Translations under genes and position numbers: made by a program
Notes under the pieces: model-generated
What the model was told of the DNA's origin: nothing
Database searches by the model: none
Seen by the model: only the letters and a program-made list of their open reading frames with translations
IMG/VR virus record: IMGVR_UViG_3300048895_000211
Coordinates: 1-29,981 of that record
Source of the DNA: a virus
Taxonomy: Duplodnaviria > Caudoviricetes
Reading direction: 5' to 3' (one strand)
Length of the DNA stretch: 29,981 nt
Part shown: one piece after another, positions 15,085 to 24,467 of the stretch
How the letters are laid out: every line of letters starts with the position of its first letter
How positions within the stretch are numbered: position 1 is the stretch's first letter

Positions 15085-16970
15085 TGGCTGGTGGAGTAAT
15101 GCTGGTCAAGCGCACGCCCGATGAAGTGCCCTCTGCCGCATCCGGCAAGGTGAGAATGTTCTTCGACGAGAGCGGCCGCCTTGCGCTAAAGGATGAATCC
15201 GGGAAAGTAGTCACACCCCAGTCGCTCATCGCTGCGTTGGAAGCGCTCGTTGCGACCAAGCAGGACGCTTCGAGCGCGGCGACAGACACCGAGCTGTCCA
15301 ATGCTGTGTCGACGCTGAATGCGGCTATCAGCACCAAGCAGGACGCCTCCACCGCTGCGACGGATGCTGAGTTGGCGTCGGCTGTGTCGACGATCAATGC
15401 CGCGCTGGCTACTAAGCAGGATGCCAGCACCGCCGCTACCTCCAGCGATCTAGATGCTGCTGTGGACGGGCTCGAAGAAGCGATCGGCAAAAAGCAGGAC
15501 TCGTCGACCGCCGCAACCGACGCTGAGCTCGCCAGCGGCCTGGCGACCAAGCAGTCTCTTTCCGAGAAGGGTCAGGCCAACGGCTACCCGACGCTCGACA
15601 ACGCGGGCCATGTACCGGCCAGTCAGATGCCAGTCGGCGCTCTCACCTACAAGGGCACGTGGGACGCCTCGACGAACACTCCGGCCGTTTCGGATGGCAC
15701 GGGCAAAGTGGGAGAGCAGTACTTCGTCTCGGTGGGTGGGGAAAGAGATCTCGGCAGCGGCAAAGTCAAATTCGTCGCCGGCAGCATCATCCTCCACAAC
15801 GGCACCGTTTGGCAGCAACTCGCAAGCCCGAACGCTGTCACCTCCGTCTTCGGGCGCCAGGGCGCCGTGGCGCCGCAAGCAGGCGACTATGTGATCGCCG
15901 ATATCTCCGGGCTTACGGCGGCGCTGGCTGGACTTCAGCCGCTAGACGCCGACCTCACGGCGATCGCGGCGCTCTCGACAACGAAATTCGGTCGTGAACT
16001 GTTGGAACTGGCGAGTGCTGCCGCAGCGCGCTCGACACTGGGCCTCGGCTCTGCCGCCCTCGCAGCCGTCGGCGCGGCGGAAGAAGCGGGCAAGGTTCTC
16101 GCCGCAGACGATGCCACGCTGGCGACGCTAATCGCTGCCGCCGACGAGGTCGGCAAAGGGGCGGCCCCTGAAGGCTATGCCTACGGGAAGATCAAGGCTG
16201 AACTCAACGCTGAAGAAATCGGCGTTGATCGGATCTGGTTCGGCCGTGGCGCCGGCAAAGCGCCGTTGGCAGTCAACACGGATGGCACACCCGCGAGCGG
16301 ATCGATTACCGACGTGGCCCAGTTCGGCGCGGCACTTATCGACGCTGCTGCCGTAAACCCGTCGCTGCGCTCGCTTAACACCGATGGCACGATGGCTGAA
16401 GCGAGCGACACGCAGGTCGCGAGCCGCAAAGCGGTGAAGACGTACGCCGACGCCCAGGTGAAAGCGGAGCGGGAACGGGCGGAAGCGGCAGAGGCTACCG
16501 CCGCTCCAGTGTCGGCGGTAACCACCGAAATCTTCACACTGAAAGAAACCACCGGGCTTAAAGACATCCCTCTTCTCGCGCTGGCGATCAGCAAATCGGT
16601 TACAGAGGTGTGGCGCCTGAGCCTTTGGGTGCTGCTCGAAACCGCGAACAACGCGATGGACTTCAAGCACGGCTTCACGGTTCCCGCGGGGTGCACGATG
16701 CGCTGGGGGTCGCTGCCGGGCAACTCCGGCAATCAGGCCGGCTTTGGGATCGCGCCGACGGCGACTACCCCGCTCGCGATGCTCTCGGCTGCGGAAACCC
16801 TGGCTGGCGGTACGCGGAGTGGGGTAATCGGGGTGCCCCTTGTGGCGATCGTCTATGGCGGGGGGACAGCGGGCAACGTGCAACTGCAGGTCGCCCAGAA
16901 CACTTCCGACGCCGGCAACCTCTCGGTCCTTCCTGGCTCGATCATGGAGGCCCGAAAGGTCCGCGCCTGA
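15084..16970 (+). CDS. 628-aa fibre-like virion protein (putative head fibre)
   Basis: KQD coiled-coil repeats, KGQANGYPTLD, YKGTWDASTNTP, VTSVFGRQGAV, QPLDADLTAIAAL, ARSTLGLGSAA and a C-terminal beta domain; all fibre-type modules. Confidence 0.8.
   Translation: MAGGVMLVKRTPDEVPSAASGKVRMFFDESGRLALKDESGKVVTPQSLIAALEALVATKQDASSAATDTELSNAVSTLNAAISTKQDASTAATDAELASAVSTINAALATKQDASTAATSSDLDAAVDGLEEAIGKKQDSSTAATDAELASGLATKQSLSEKGQANGYPTLDNAGHVPASQMPVGALTYKGTWDASTNTPAVSDGTGKVGEQYFVSVGGERDLGSGKVKFVAGSIILHNGTVWQQLASPNAVTSVFGRQGAVAPQAGDYVIADISGLTAALAGLQPLDADLTAIAALSTTKFGRELLELASAAAARSTLGLGSAALAAVGAAEEAGKVLAADDATLATLIAAADEVGKGAAPEGYAYGKIKAELNAEEIGVDRIWFGRGAGKAPLAVNTDGTPASGSITDVAQFGAALIDAAAVNPSLRSLNTDGTMAEASDTQVASRKAVKTYADAQVKAERERAEAAEATAAPVSAVTTEIFTLKETTGLKDIPLLALAISKSVTEVWRLSLWVLLETANNAMDFKHGFTVPAGCTMRWGSLPGNSGNQAGFGIAPTATTPLAMLSAAETLAGGTRSGVIGVPLVAIVYGGGTAGNVQLQVAQNTSDAGNLSVLPGSIMEARKVRA
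15252..15554 (+). repeat. 78-bp (26-aa) intragenic tandem repeat: three full units, one 57-bp unit and a partial
   Basis: (T/K)KQ codons begin at 15255, 15333, 15411, 15489 and 15546. Confidence 0.9.
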
Positions 16971-18010
16971 TGCTTCCCCCGACGAGCGTCTGGACGCAAC
17001 CACTGCCGGACGACGTGCCGCTCGACCCAAGCAGCAGCACCTACATCGCCAGCATCGCCGGCGGGATCAAAAACCTCAACTTCCTCTATGAAAAAAGCGC
17101 CCACCGGATCTTCTGGGCAAACGAATCGACGCCTCGCCAGAAAGTCTGGCTAGACGCCAAAGACAGCAACTTCCCCAAGCTGCGAGCCGCCCTTGCGTCT
17201 GTGCCGATCCCTGCTGGCCTCCGCCCGCCCACAGGGACGGACAAGGAGGTGATGATCTGCCTTCGCAAGGCAGACGGCTCGGTCGAATACTTCGGCTTCC
17301 ATGGGATGCAGAACTCGGCGGTGGACGGTGTACGGACCGCAGAAGAAATCCCCGGCTGCACAACGCTGGCCGAACCGGGCTGGCACTGCACTTCGGCAGA
17401 GGCGGTCAAGGATCTCAATCGCAGCCCTGGGTACGTCACTGAAGGGGACTGGCCGGGTGGCGTCGACATCGGCGCGAAAGGCAACCTGATCTGGGGCATC
17501 AGCGCCTCGAGAACGACCTCCTACCCCCATTCGATCAAGGTGCCCGAGGCACTGGCGACGATCAAATCGGGTCGCCCGCGCATTGACCACGCCCTTCGAC
17601 TCGCAATCCCGCGGTCGCTGCATCGCCCTGAATTCCGCTGGCCTGTGCTGGCCTCAGACGGGGAAAGCACAAATCCGGCTCACCCGCCGACCGGCTGCCT
17701 CCTCTTCTTCGACCAAGACGAGGACTTCTCCGGCATCGGAAACACCTTCATCCGCCTGCTCTGCGAGAGCCGCAAGCGCCACCCCTTCATTCTCACCGAC
17801 TCTTCGGGGAAAACCGGCAACGGCGCGGCATTGAAGTGCGAGGCGGGAGACGCCTGGAAGCTTGGGCCGGAACCGGTCTTCACCGAACTGAACGAAGCCA
17901 ACCCGGAAAACGAAACGGCGCCGATGGGGAACCAAATCCCGCTCAACAAGCTAAAGGTCATCCATCCCGAATGGCTGCCGAGTTCGATCGGTGAGGGGGT
18001 GTTGCTCTAA
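16970..18010 (+). CDS. 346-aa globular protein, possible carbohydrate-active or receptor-binding domain
   Basis: TGATG start (track ORF 16610 is over-extended); SVWTQPLP..PLDPSS, WGISAS, IDHALRLAIP, FRWPVLASDG. Function uncertain. Confidence 0.6.
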   Translation: MLPPTSVWTQPLPDDVPLDPSSSTYIASIAGGIKNLNFLYEKSAHRIFWANESTPRQKVWLDAKDSNFPKLRAALASVPIPAGLRPPTGTDKEVMICLRKADGSVEYFGFHGMQNSAVDGVRTAEEIPGCTTLAEPGWHCTSAEAVKDLNRSPGYVTEGDWPGGVDIGAKGNLIWGISASRTTSYPHSIKVPEALATIKSGRPRIDHALRLAIPRSLHRPEFRWPVLASDGESTNPAHPPTGCLLFFDQDEDFSGIGNTFIRLLCESRKRHPFILTDSSGKTGNGAALKCEAGDAWKLGPEPVFTELNEANPENETAPMGNQIPLNKLKVIHPEWLPSSIGEGVLL

Positions 18011-18747
18011 TGATCTACGCGAAGCCTGGCGCTGAATTCGAGGCCCTCCTCGTGCAAGCGGGAGAGACGGGGCTGATCGGCACGCTCGGGACCCGAATCG
18101 ACTCTACGGCGGGCGAGGAAGTCCTGGCGCGGCAGACGACTGGCATCACCGAACCTGTCCCCGGCAACTACATCGCCAAAAGGCTTGCGCCGACCGACGA
18201 CGGCAGCTACCTGCTCGTTTGGGATCGGACGCCCGGCGGCAAACCACTCACGCCAGAGAACGTCGCGGTCGAGCAACTCCAGGTCACCAGGATTGCCCCG
18301 TTGGCGTCCACCGTGGAGTTTCTCCCGGATCCGGTCGACGTCGCTGCCCTCTTGCCCGCCCGGACCTACATTGACGACGGAGGAGAGGTCGGTGTTTTTA
18401 ACGCCTTTACCCGTCCGACCGAAGGTCAGGTGCAAACCCTCATCTACTCGGCAGGGAACGAGGTCGCAGCTCGTATAGGGCAGACGATCGACGACGACAC
18501 GCTGCGGGCGTTCGCGCGCGAGCTTGTGGCGATCCGTGCGGCGATGGGTGTGGAGATCGGCTATTTCCCCGAGCAGACCAACACTGAGGACTCGGCTTAC
18601 GACAAGCTGAAGGAGCTCTACGACGAGGGCCTGGCAAGGCTGATCGCGTCGTTGCCCGATTCGAGCTCGACCGGCAAAGGTTTCTACTCGCTCCGCACGC
18701 GCTCTGATGTAGCCGGCGTCTTCTCGACCGCGGAGCTACTCCCGTGA
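18010..18747 (+). CDS. Head-to-tail adaptor with extra N-terminal beta domain
   Basis: C-terminal half TRPTEGQVQTLI...VEIGYFPEQ...YDKLKELY is helical and adaptor-like; synteny. Confidence 0.65.
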   Translation: MIYAKPGAEFEALLVQAGETGLIGTLGTRIDSTAGEEVLARQTTGITEPVPGNYIAKRLAPTDDGSYLLVWDRTPGGKPLTPENVAVEQLQVTRIAPLASTVEFLPDPVDVAALLPARTYIDDGGEVGVFNAFTRPTEGQVQTLIYSAGNEVAARIGQTIDDDTLRAFARELVAIRAAMGVEIGYFPEQTNTEDSAYDKLKELYDEGLARLIASLPDSSSTGKGFYSLRTRSDVAGVFSTAELLP

Positions 18748-19226
18748 GCCGGATGGCACTTGAGCTGGAGGGCGACGACAAGGTCATTCACGATCTCATC
18801 AAGGCCGCCGAGCGCGCCAAAGATGCGCGCCCGGCCATGCGGAAGGTCCGCGAGATCATGGAAGGGGCAGACCGCAAGGCCTTCGAGACGAGCGGTGCTT
18901 ACCTTGGCGAGTCCTGGGCACAGCTTGCCCCTGGAACATTGGCGCGAAAGGCGCGCAAGGGGCAGGACTCGCGCATTCTGCGGGCGACGGGCGCCCTTGA
19001 GGCCAGCCTGAGCGGAGGGAAAGGCAGGCGCGGTGGGGTGACGCGCACGACTGCGCGAGCTGGAACCAGCGTCTGGTACGCAGTCTTCGCTAAGGCTGGG
19101 ACTAAGAACGCCGGCCATGGTGCATCTGCTCCTGCCCGCCCGATCGTCGGCTTCAGCAAATCGGATCGGCGTAAGGCCATCCACGTAGTCGAAAAGTGGC
19201 TCGCCACAGGGGAGGTGTTCCCGTGA
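18744..19226 (+). CDS. Virion morphogenesis / neck protein (Mu gpG-like)
   Basis: FETSG...WAQLAPGTLARK...ILRATGALEASL...GTSVWYA...PARPIVG. Confidence 0.8.
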   Translation: MSRMALELEGDDKVIHDLIKAAERAKDARPAMRKVREIMEGADRKAFETSGAYLGESWAQLAPGTLARKARKGQDSRILRATGALEASLSGGKGRRGGVTRTTARAGTSVWYAVFAKAGTKNAGHGASAPARPIVGFSKSDRRKAIHVVEKWLATGEVFP

Positions 19227-19813
19227 GCAAGTTTGGACCATCTCGCCATCCAGGCGAAATGGAGAAAGCTGTAGAGAAAGCGCTGCGCAAATGGATGCCA
19301 ACGAACGTCAGGCGCATGGAAGAAGTCGGCGGGAAGAAACTCTCCCCGATCAAAAGCTTCTCGATCGTCAGCGACTATTCGAAGTTCCCTGAGATACCGC
19401 TGCCCGCTGTCGTCATCGAGTCTCCTGGCATCGTTGACGGCAGCATTGAAGAGGACGGCGAAGGCAATCTAAGCGCGACGTTCTCAATGGCGGTCTATTC
19501 GCTGGTGCAGGGGCCGCGAGAGGTCGCGACTCGTCAACTCGCCTTTGGCTACTGGTGGCCCATAGCTGCCTCGCTGATGCAGCATCGCAAGATCGGCGAC
19601 AACATCTGGGTGAAGCGGTTCGTCGATAGCGGCTTTGCTGGCGCGAACGTGGAGCAACGCCGCTCCCGCATTGCAGTGGAACACGTCTTCCATGTCGCCT
19701 TCGACAACTTCCTCAACATCGGCGAAGGGCCACCTGAGCCCGATCCTGAAGACACCTCTGGCGACTGGCCGATAGTCGAGTCGACCGAGGTCGAAGTGCA
19801 AAAGGAGAACTGA
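19223..19813 (+). CDS. Tail terminator / completion protein, putative
   Basis: GTGA-coupled start; LPAVVIESPG; position before the sheath gene. Confidence 0.65.
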   Translation: MSKFGPSRHPGEMEKAVEKALRKWMPTNVRRMEEVGGKKLSPIKSFSIVSDYSKFPEIPLPAVVIESPGIVDGSIEEDGEGNLSATFSMAVYSLVQGPREVATRQLAFGYWWPIAASLMQHRKIGDNIWVKRFVDSGFAGANVEQRRSRIAVEHVFHVAFDNFLNIGEGPPEPDPEDTSGDWPIVESTEVEVQKEN

Positions 19814-20121
19814 TGCCGGATCGCTACTTCGTGAGATCTCGCCACTCGGAGGACATGGCCTCGGGCAAGCTCGGCGAGCCAGGGGAATGGGTTGTAGGGG
19901 TCGATCCCACCAACCCGTACGACAAGGCCAAGATCGACGCCGGCGTGTTCGTGCTCGAGCAGCCGAATCCCATCAATGCCACCGATGCCGCCGAGGCAAA
20001 GGCGGCGAAGCTTGAAGTAGACCTCTCGACCGTCCCGGGCACGGGCTCCGGCGGTCGGATCACGGTCGATGACGTTGAATCGGCCGCCAACCCCAAAGCA
20101 AATGAGGAGGAGTCCCCGTGA
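19813..20121 (+). CDS. Small protein with E3-binding (peripheral subunit-binding) domain
   Basis: ATDAAEAKAAKLEVDLSTVPGTGSGGRITVDDVE matches the PSBD pattern. Confidence 0.8.
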   Translation: MPDRYFVRSRHSEDMASGKLGEPGEWVVGVDPTNPYDKAKIDAGVFVLEQPNPINATDAAEAKAAKLEVDLSTVPGTGSGGRITVDDVESAANPKANEEESP

Positions 20122-21539
20122 CCCTACCTGGTCCAGTAGTTACCTCCGGGGGGGACGCTTCTTCCTCCTCGCTTCCGACAGACATCTCAACCGTGTTCGT
20201 TGTCGGCCTGTCCGAGCAGGGCCCGATCGACGCTCCCTCGGTAGCCACCAGCTTCGGCCAGTTCAAGAATGTGGCCGGCGCCCGGGAAGGTAACTCGATC
20301 CTCTGGGATTGGGTTGATACGCACTTCCGGTGCGGCGGGGCGAAGGTTGTTTGGGCGCGGCTCAAGGGAGCGGCTGCAAAAGCCGCAAGCGGGAAACTCG
20401 CCGGCGCTTCGGCCGAAGCGCTCAAAGTCACCGCGACCTCGATCGGTGAATGGGGCAACGACCTCGATGTTGTCGTCACGGTGGTTGAAACGACGAAACG
20501 CAAGATCGTCGTGAAACTCGACGGCGTCGCGGTTCAGGAACTGACCTTCGGTACCAACGAAGAAGCGATTAGCTGGGCGTCGACCTCTCCCTATATCCGC
20601 CTTGCGGATCTCGGCGGTGGCCTCCCCAAAGCGGCGACTCTTGAACTCTCTGGTGGGACCGATGACCGGGGCAGCGTTGGCGAGTCCGACTGGAAAGCCG
20701 CTCTCGACCTCTTCACGGCCGACTACGGGCCAGGGAAGGTCGTCACGCCGGGTCACACCACGGCGACCGCTGCCGAGAACGTCATGGCTCACTGCGAAGC
20801 CAACGGCCGCGTCGGCCGTCTAGATGGCATTGACGGCGCAATCGCGGAATCTGAATCACTGGCGGCCACGCTACGCGCCCAAGGAACTGCTCGCTATGCG
20901 GGTGGTCCGTTCTGGCCCTGGGCGGAAGTCAAGGGACTCGCCCCGGGCACCACCCGCACGGTGCCTTGGTCGGCTGTCGACACCGGGATGGCGGCACGTA
21001 ATGCGAGTCTTGGCCTCTCTCCTAATGACGCAACGGCAGGCGACGACGGTATCGCCCCGGAATTCGTCGTAGGACTGTCGCAGCCCGCTCTGCTCGATGG
21101 CGCTCGGGAGAAAGCGAACGACGCAGGGGTCAATGTTGCCCGCGAAATGCTGGGGAGCGTACGGACCTACGGGTATCGCACGCTCGTCAACCCGCTCGTA
21201 GATGACACCTGGCTGGACCTTGCCAACGCCGACACGGATGCCTTTATCAAGGCGAAGTGCAAGGCGATCGGAGAGCGGTTCACCTTCAAGACGATCGACG
21301 GTCGTGGTCTCTTGGCGGCGCGGTTTGCCTCAGCTATCGCGAGCGAGGTGCTGTCCCCGCTCTACGAGAAGGGCGCGCTTTTCGGAGAAACGCCCGATGA
21401 CGCCTACGAAGTGCGAGTGGGTCCGGAGGTCAATACTCCAGAAACGATCGCCGAAGGAAAGCTGCGGGCCATCGTCGCGGTGAAGATGAGCGAGTTCGCT
21501 GAGATGGTCGAAATCGAAATCGTGAAGGAGGCGATCTAG
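20118..21539 (+). CDS. Contractile tail sheath protein
   Basis: FVVGLSEQGP, LSGGTDD, VRTYGYRTL, AYEVRVGPEVNTPETIAEGKLRAIVAVKMSEFAE. Confidence 0.93.
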   Translation: MTLPGPVVTSGGDASSSSLPTDISTVFVVGLSEQGPIDAPSVATSFGQFKNVAGAREGNSILWDWVDTHFRCGGAKVVWARLKGAAAKAASGKLAGASAEALKVTATSIGEWGNDLDVVVTVVETTKRKIVVKLDGVAVQELTFGTNEEAISWASTSPYIRLADLGGGLPKAATLELSGGTDDRGSVGESDWKAALDLFTADYGPGKVVTPGHTTATAAENVMAHCEANGRVGRLDGIDGAIAESESLAATLRAQGTARYAGGPFWPWAEVKGLAPGTTRTVPWSAVDTGMAARNASLGLSPNDATAGDDGIAPEFVVGLSQPALLDGAREKANDAGVNVAREMLGSVRTYGYRTLVNPLVDDTWLDLANADTDAFIKAKCKAIGERFTFKTIDGRGLLAARFASAIASEVLSPLYEKGALFGETPDDAYEVRVGPEVNTPETIAEGKLRAIVAVKMSEFAEMVEIEIVKEAI

Positions 21540-21541
21540 GA

Positions 21542-21955
21542 ATGCCGTCACGCAAGGACAACTACCGCGTATCCGCCGTTGTGGGCGGGAAAGCAGTCCC
21601 GGACTACTTTGTGACGTGGTCGGGCGGGGACGGCGATTCTGACGATCAGCCGTGGCGCGAAGGCGACGGGAACTTGACGAACCTTGGCGGCAAGCAGAGC
21701 CGCGATCCGATAACGATCAGCCGGGAGGTCAAGCCCGATCGGGACATCCCGATCTACCACGAGCTCGATGCCAAGCGCGGCAAAGTTGAAGCTGTGTTCA
21801 CCAAGCAGTACGTGGACGACGAGGAGAACCCGATCGGCAAACCGATCATCCGCCGCGGCAAGCTGAAGAAGGTTACGGATCCCGAGGCTGACAAGAACAG
21901 CAGCGATCCGTCGACCTTCAGCTTGGAACTGGGCTCTAACTCGGTTCCTGCCTAA
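21542..21955 (+). CDS. Tail tube protein
   Basis: 137 aa directly after the sheath; WSGG...ITISR...PEADKNSSD..FSLEL. Confidence 0.8.
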   Translation: MPSRKDNYRVSAVVGGKAVPDYFVTWSGGDGDSDDQPWREGDGNLTNLGGKQSRDPITISREVKPDRDIPIYHELDAKRGKVEAVFTKQYVDDEENPIGKPIIRRGKLKKVTDPEADKNSSDPSTFSLELGSNSVPA

Positions 21956-21987
21956 TAAGCGCCACTCTCGAATAGGAAGGACTGAAC

Positions 21988-22524
21988 ATGGCGGATACCG
22001 CCGCGATCGAGGACGCCGTAAGCGACGAGCCGACGTCCGTAGGAGAACCCAAAAGCATCGCAGAGGATCTGGTTGCAAAGCGCGAGCAGCTCAGCAAAGA
22101 GCGTGAGCCAAAGATCTTCGACCTGCCTGGCTATGGCTCAGCGCTCCAGGTCAAGTACCGCGTTCCGACACGAACCGAGGCCAAGGAGGCCAAGGGGCTG
22201 GTCTTCAAGCTGGCGAGCGCAGGCGAGGAGGACGCCGACATCGTTGGCATGTGCAAGCTCCTAGCCTTGGCCTGCGTCGGCTTTTACGAGGAGAAAGACG
22301 GCACCAGCGTCTTGCTCAACGAGAGCAGGGGCCTCGGGGACGATCCGATTCGTTGGGGTGATCAGCGCCTTGCTGACCTCTTGGCCATCGAAGTCGAGGG
22401 CAGGCTTCGCGCCCGGTACCTGATCGAACAGGTGTTGGCAACGCCTGAGCGGATCGAAATTCATCACAACCAGGTCACCAACTGGGCCGATCGTGCGTTG
22501 GAGGCTGACGACGCCGATTTCTAG
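21988..22524 (+). CDS. Tail assembly chaperone (short form)
   Basis: AGGAAGGA RBS; acidic; lies between tube and tape measure. Confidence 0.8.
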   Translation: MADTAAIEDAVSDEPTSVGEPKSIAEDLVAKREQLSKEREPKIFDLPGYGSALQVKYRVPTRTEAKEAKGLVFKLASAGEEDADIVGMCKLLALACVGFYEEKDGTSVLLNESRGLGDDPIRWGDQRLADLLAIEVEGRLRARYLIEQVLATPERIEIHHNQVTNWADRALEADDADF

Positions 22525-22733
22525 ATGGGCTCGCCGGCGATAGGGGCATCCGCACTATCGCCTTGGCGGGCCTTTTTGGTCTAGACCCCGATCGGGTCGC
22601 GAATGAGACAGACCCGATTAAGCAGATGGTCAATGCCGCAGTGATCGAAGCAGCGGACGAGTTGCGCAGCGACCACCAGGAAGAGCTGGCCGTGCAGAAC
22701 TCCAATGCGCGCGTGAGGTCGAGGAAGGGATAG
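22518..22733 (+). CDS. Tail assembly chaperone C-terminal extension, reached by -1 frameshift (not in ORF track)
   Basis: The -1 frame after GAT TTC TAG is open for about 70 codons (LDGLAGDRGIRTIALAGLFGLDP...RSRKG*) and ends 3 nt before the TMP start. Confidence 0.8.
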   Translation, partial: FLDGLAGDRGIRTIALAGLFGLDPDRVANETDPIKQMVNAAVIEAADELRSDHQEELAVQNSNARVRSRKG

Positions 22734-22736
22734 GGC

Positions 22737-24467
22737 GTGGGCACAGGCACGAGCAGCGATCTCATCCAGCTCCGAATGAAGTTGCTCGACGGGAAACTGT
22801 TCGTGTCGGGCGTCAACTCCGGCACGAAATCCGTCAAAGGCCTCGGCCGGGCGACAACCGAGACCGCCACGAAGCAGCGCTACGCAGAGCGCACCACATC
22901 GAGGCTCACCGACAGTTACAAGAAACTCGGGAGCGCGGCGAAGTGGGGACTCGGATTCCTTGGCGTGGGCGGTGTGCTGGCGATCGAGTCCTCTATTCAT
23001 GCATCTGAGGAACTCGGAAAGACGACGTCTGCCCTGACTCGGAACTTTGGGCTGCAGAACAACGTTGCATCCCGCTGGGGCGCCATCGCGCAGGCGAGAG
23101 AAATCGACTCTAAAGCGCTGTCGATGACCTTCGGCACCCTGTCAACCAAGATGGTCGAAGCAGGGAGGAGGGGGGGGACTCTTCTCACCCCTTTTCATCA
23201 ACTCGGACTCAGCCAGGAAGAAGTCACCAAAGGCGCCCACGACTTCGAGTGGGGGCTTCTGCGTGTGGCAAAGGCCCTTGGCGAGGAGGAAGGCGGAGCA
23301 AAGCGCTCAGCGGCCGCAAAAGCCGTCCTGGGCAAGGGCTTTTCGACGCTGCTCCCCTTGTTCTCTGAAGGAACGAAGGGACTACAGGAACAGCTCCACT
23401 GGGCGGACAAGTACGGCGTCACGCTCAGCGGGTCGACCACAGATGGGCTCATGGAGATGGTCCAGGCCCAGCGCGAGAACAAAGTCGCGATGCTCGGGCT
23501 GCAGCTCAGCCTCACCAAAGCGCTGATGCCCGCGATTAACGCGGGGGATGACCAGCTCCAGGAGTTCATCGCCACGCTGAACAGCCCGCATCTGACGGCT
23601 GAACAGAAGATCTCGCGGATCAGCCACCAGTTCCTGCTGCTCGAGGACGACCTCGTCCACATCGTCGAACAGGCCCTGCCGCACATTGCGGAACAGGGTG
23701 GACACCTGGGGGTGGCACTCGCCGGCGCGGTGTGGCATGGCTTCATCCACTCCGACACCCTGGGGAAGCTCGTAATCGGTGCATGGCTCTTCAAGTCGAT
23801 GGGCGGATTGAGCCTTGTCGGGACGCTTGGGGCGCGTGTGGGGGGCAAGCTCGCGACTTCGCTGGGGTGGCGATTCCTTACAACGGTCGCCCCCTACTTC
23901 GCGGCAGAGGCAGGGGTGGAGGGGCTGGGTGCTGCACTTGGATCACAGATGGCGGGGCTCAAGACGCTTTTCGCTACGGACGGGACGATTCTCGGCCGCG
24001 CGATGGGCGCTGCCGCGGCTGGCGCGCTGGTAGCGGAGATCGTTTTCGCAGTCGAAGACTCCGAAAACATCGCGGGACTCTCTCTGATCAACACCCCCGA
24101 AGCAGACGCCGCTTCGATCGAAGAAGCGTCGATGAAATACCGCGAACGAGGCTATACGGAAATCGGCTACATCAACGGCCACGAATTCCAAGCCACTGCA
24201 CCTTCAGGCAAGCATGTGATCGTCAGTCAGAAGGGCCACAAATGGGTCCAGCATCCGGCGCACGGGGGAGGTCAGGGCACCCAACGGCATCATCAGCCAA
24301 GGCCAAACAAGCGGACCGCGCAACGGCTCGAAACGGCTCCTCGCCTCCAGCAGAGCGGTGGCCGCACCGGCTCGGGTCGAGCCATTCATGTTCACGTTCA
24401 TCTGAAGAACAAGGAAATCGCGGAAGCCGTGACGACCGAGGCACTTGACGAGGCGGCCCTGCAGTGA
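22737..24467 (+). CDS. Tape measure protein (576 aa)
   Basis: Helical and A/G/L-rich, FHQLGLS...LLRVAKAL...AVLGKG..LLPLF; synteny. Confidence 0.88.
   Translation: MGTGTSSDLIQLRMKLLDGKLFVSGVNSGTKSVKGLGRATTETATKQRYAERTTSRLTDSYKKLGSAAKWGLGFLGVGGVLAIESSIHASEELGKTTSALTRNFGLQNNVASRWGAIAQAREIDSKALSMTFGTLSTKMVEAGRRGGTLLTPFHQLGLSQEEVTKGAHDFEWGLLRVAKALGEEEGGAKRSAAAKAVLGKGFSTLLPLFSEGTKGLQEQLHWADKYGVTLSGSTTDGLMEMVQAQRENKVAMLGLQLSLTKALMPAINAGDDQLQEFIATLNSPHLTAEQKISRISHQFLLLEDDLVHIVEQALPHIAEQGGHLGVALAGAVWHGFIHSDTLGKLVIGAWLFKSMGGLSLVGTLGARVGGKLATSLGWRFLTTVAPYFAAEAGVEGLGAALGSQMAGLKTLFATDGTILGRAMGAAAAGALVAEIVFAVEDSENIAGLSLINTPEADAASIEEASMKYRERGYTEIGYINGHEFQATAPSGKHVIVSQKGHKWVQHPAHGGGQGTQRHHQPRPNKRTAQRLETAPRLQQSGGRTGSGRAIHVHVHLKNKEIAEAVTTEALDEAALQ

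Noticed and set aside
15252-15554. Diversity-generating retroelement TR/VR pair
   Set aside because: These are in-frame tandem coding repeats with differences not restricted to adenines, and no reverse transcriptase is in the window.
12027-17030. Long minus-strand ORFs (e.g. 12027..12824, 14189..14953, 16128..17030)
   Set aside because: They are antisense shadows of well-supported + strand genes, as expected in high-GC DNA, with no recognisable motifs.
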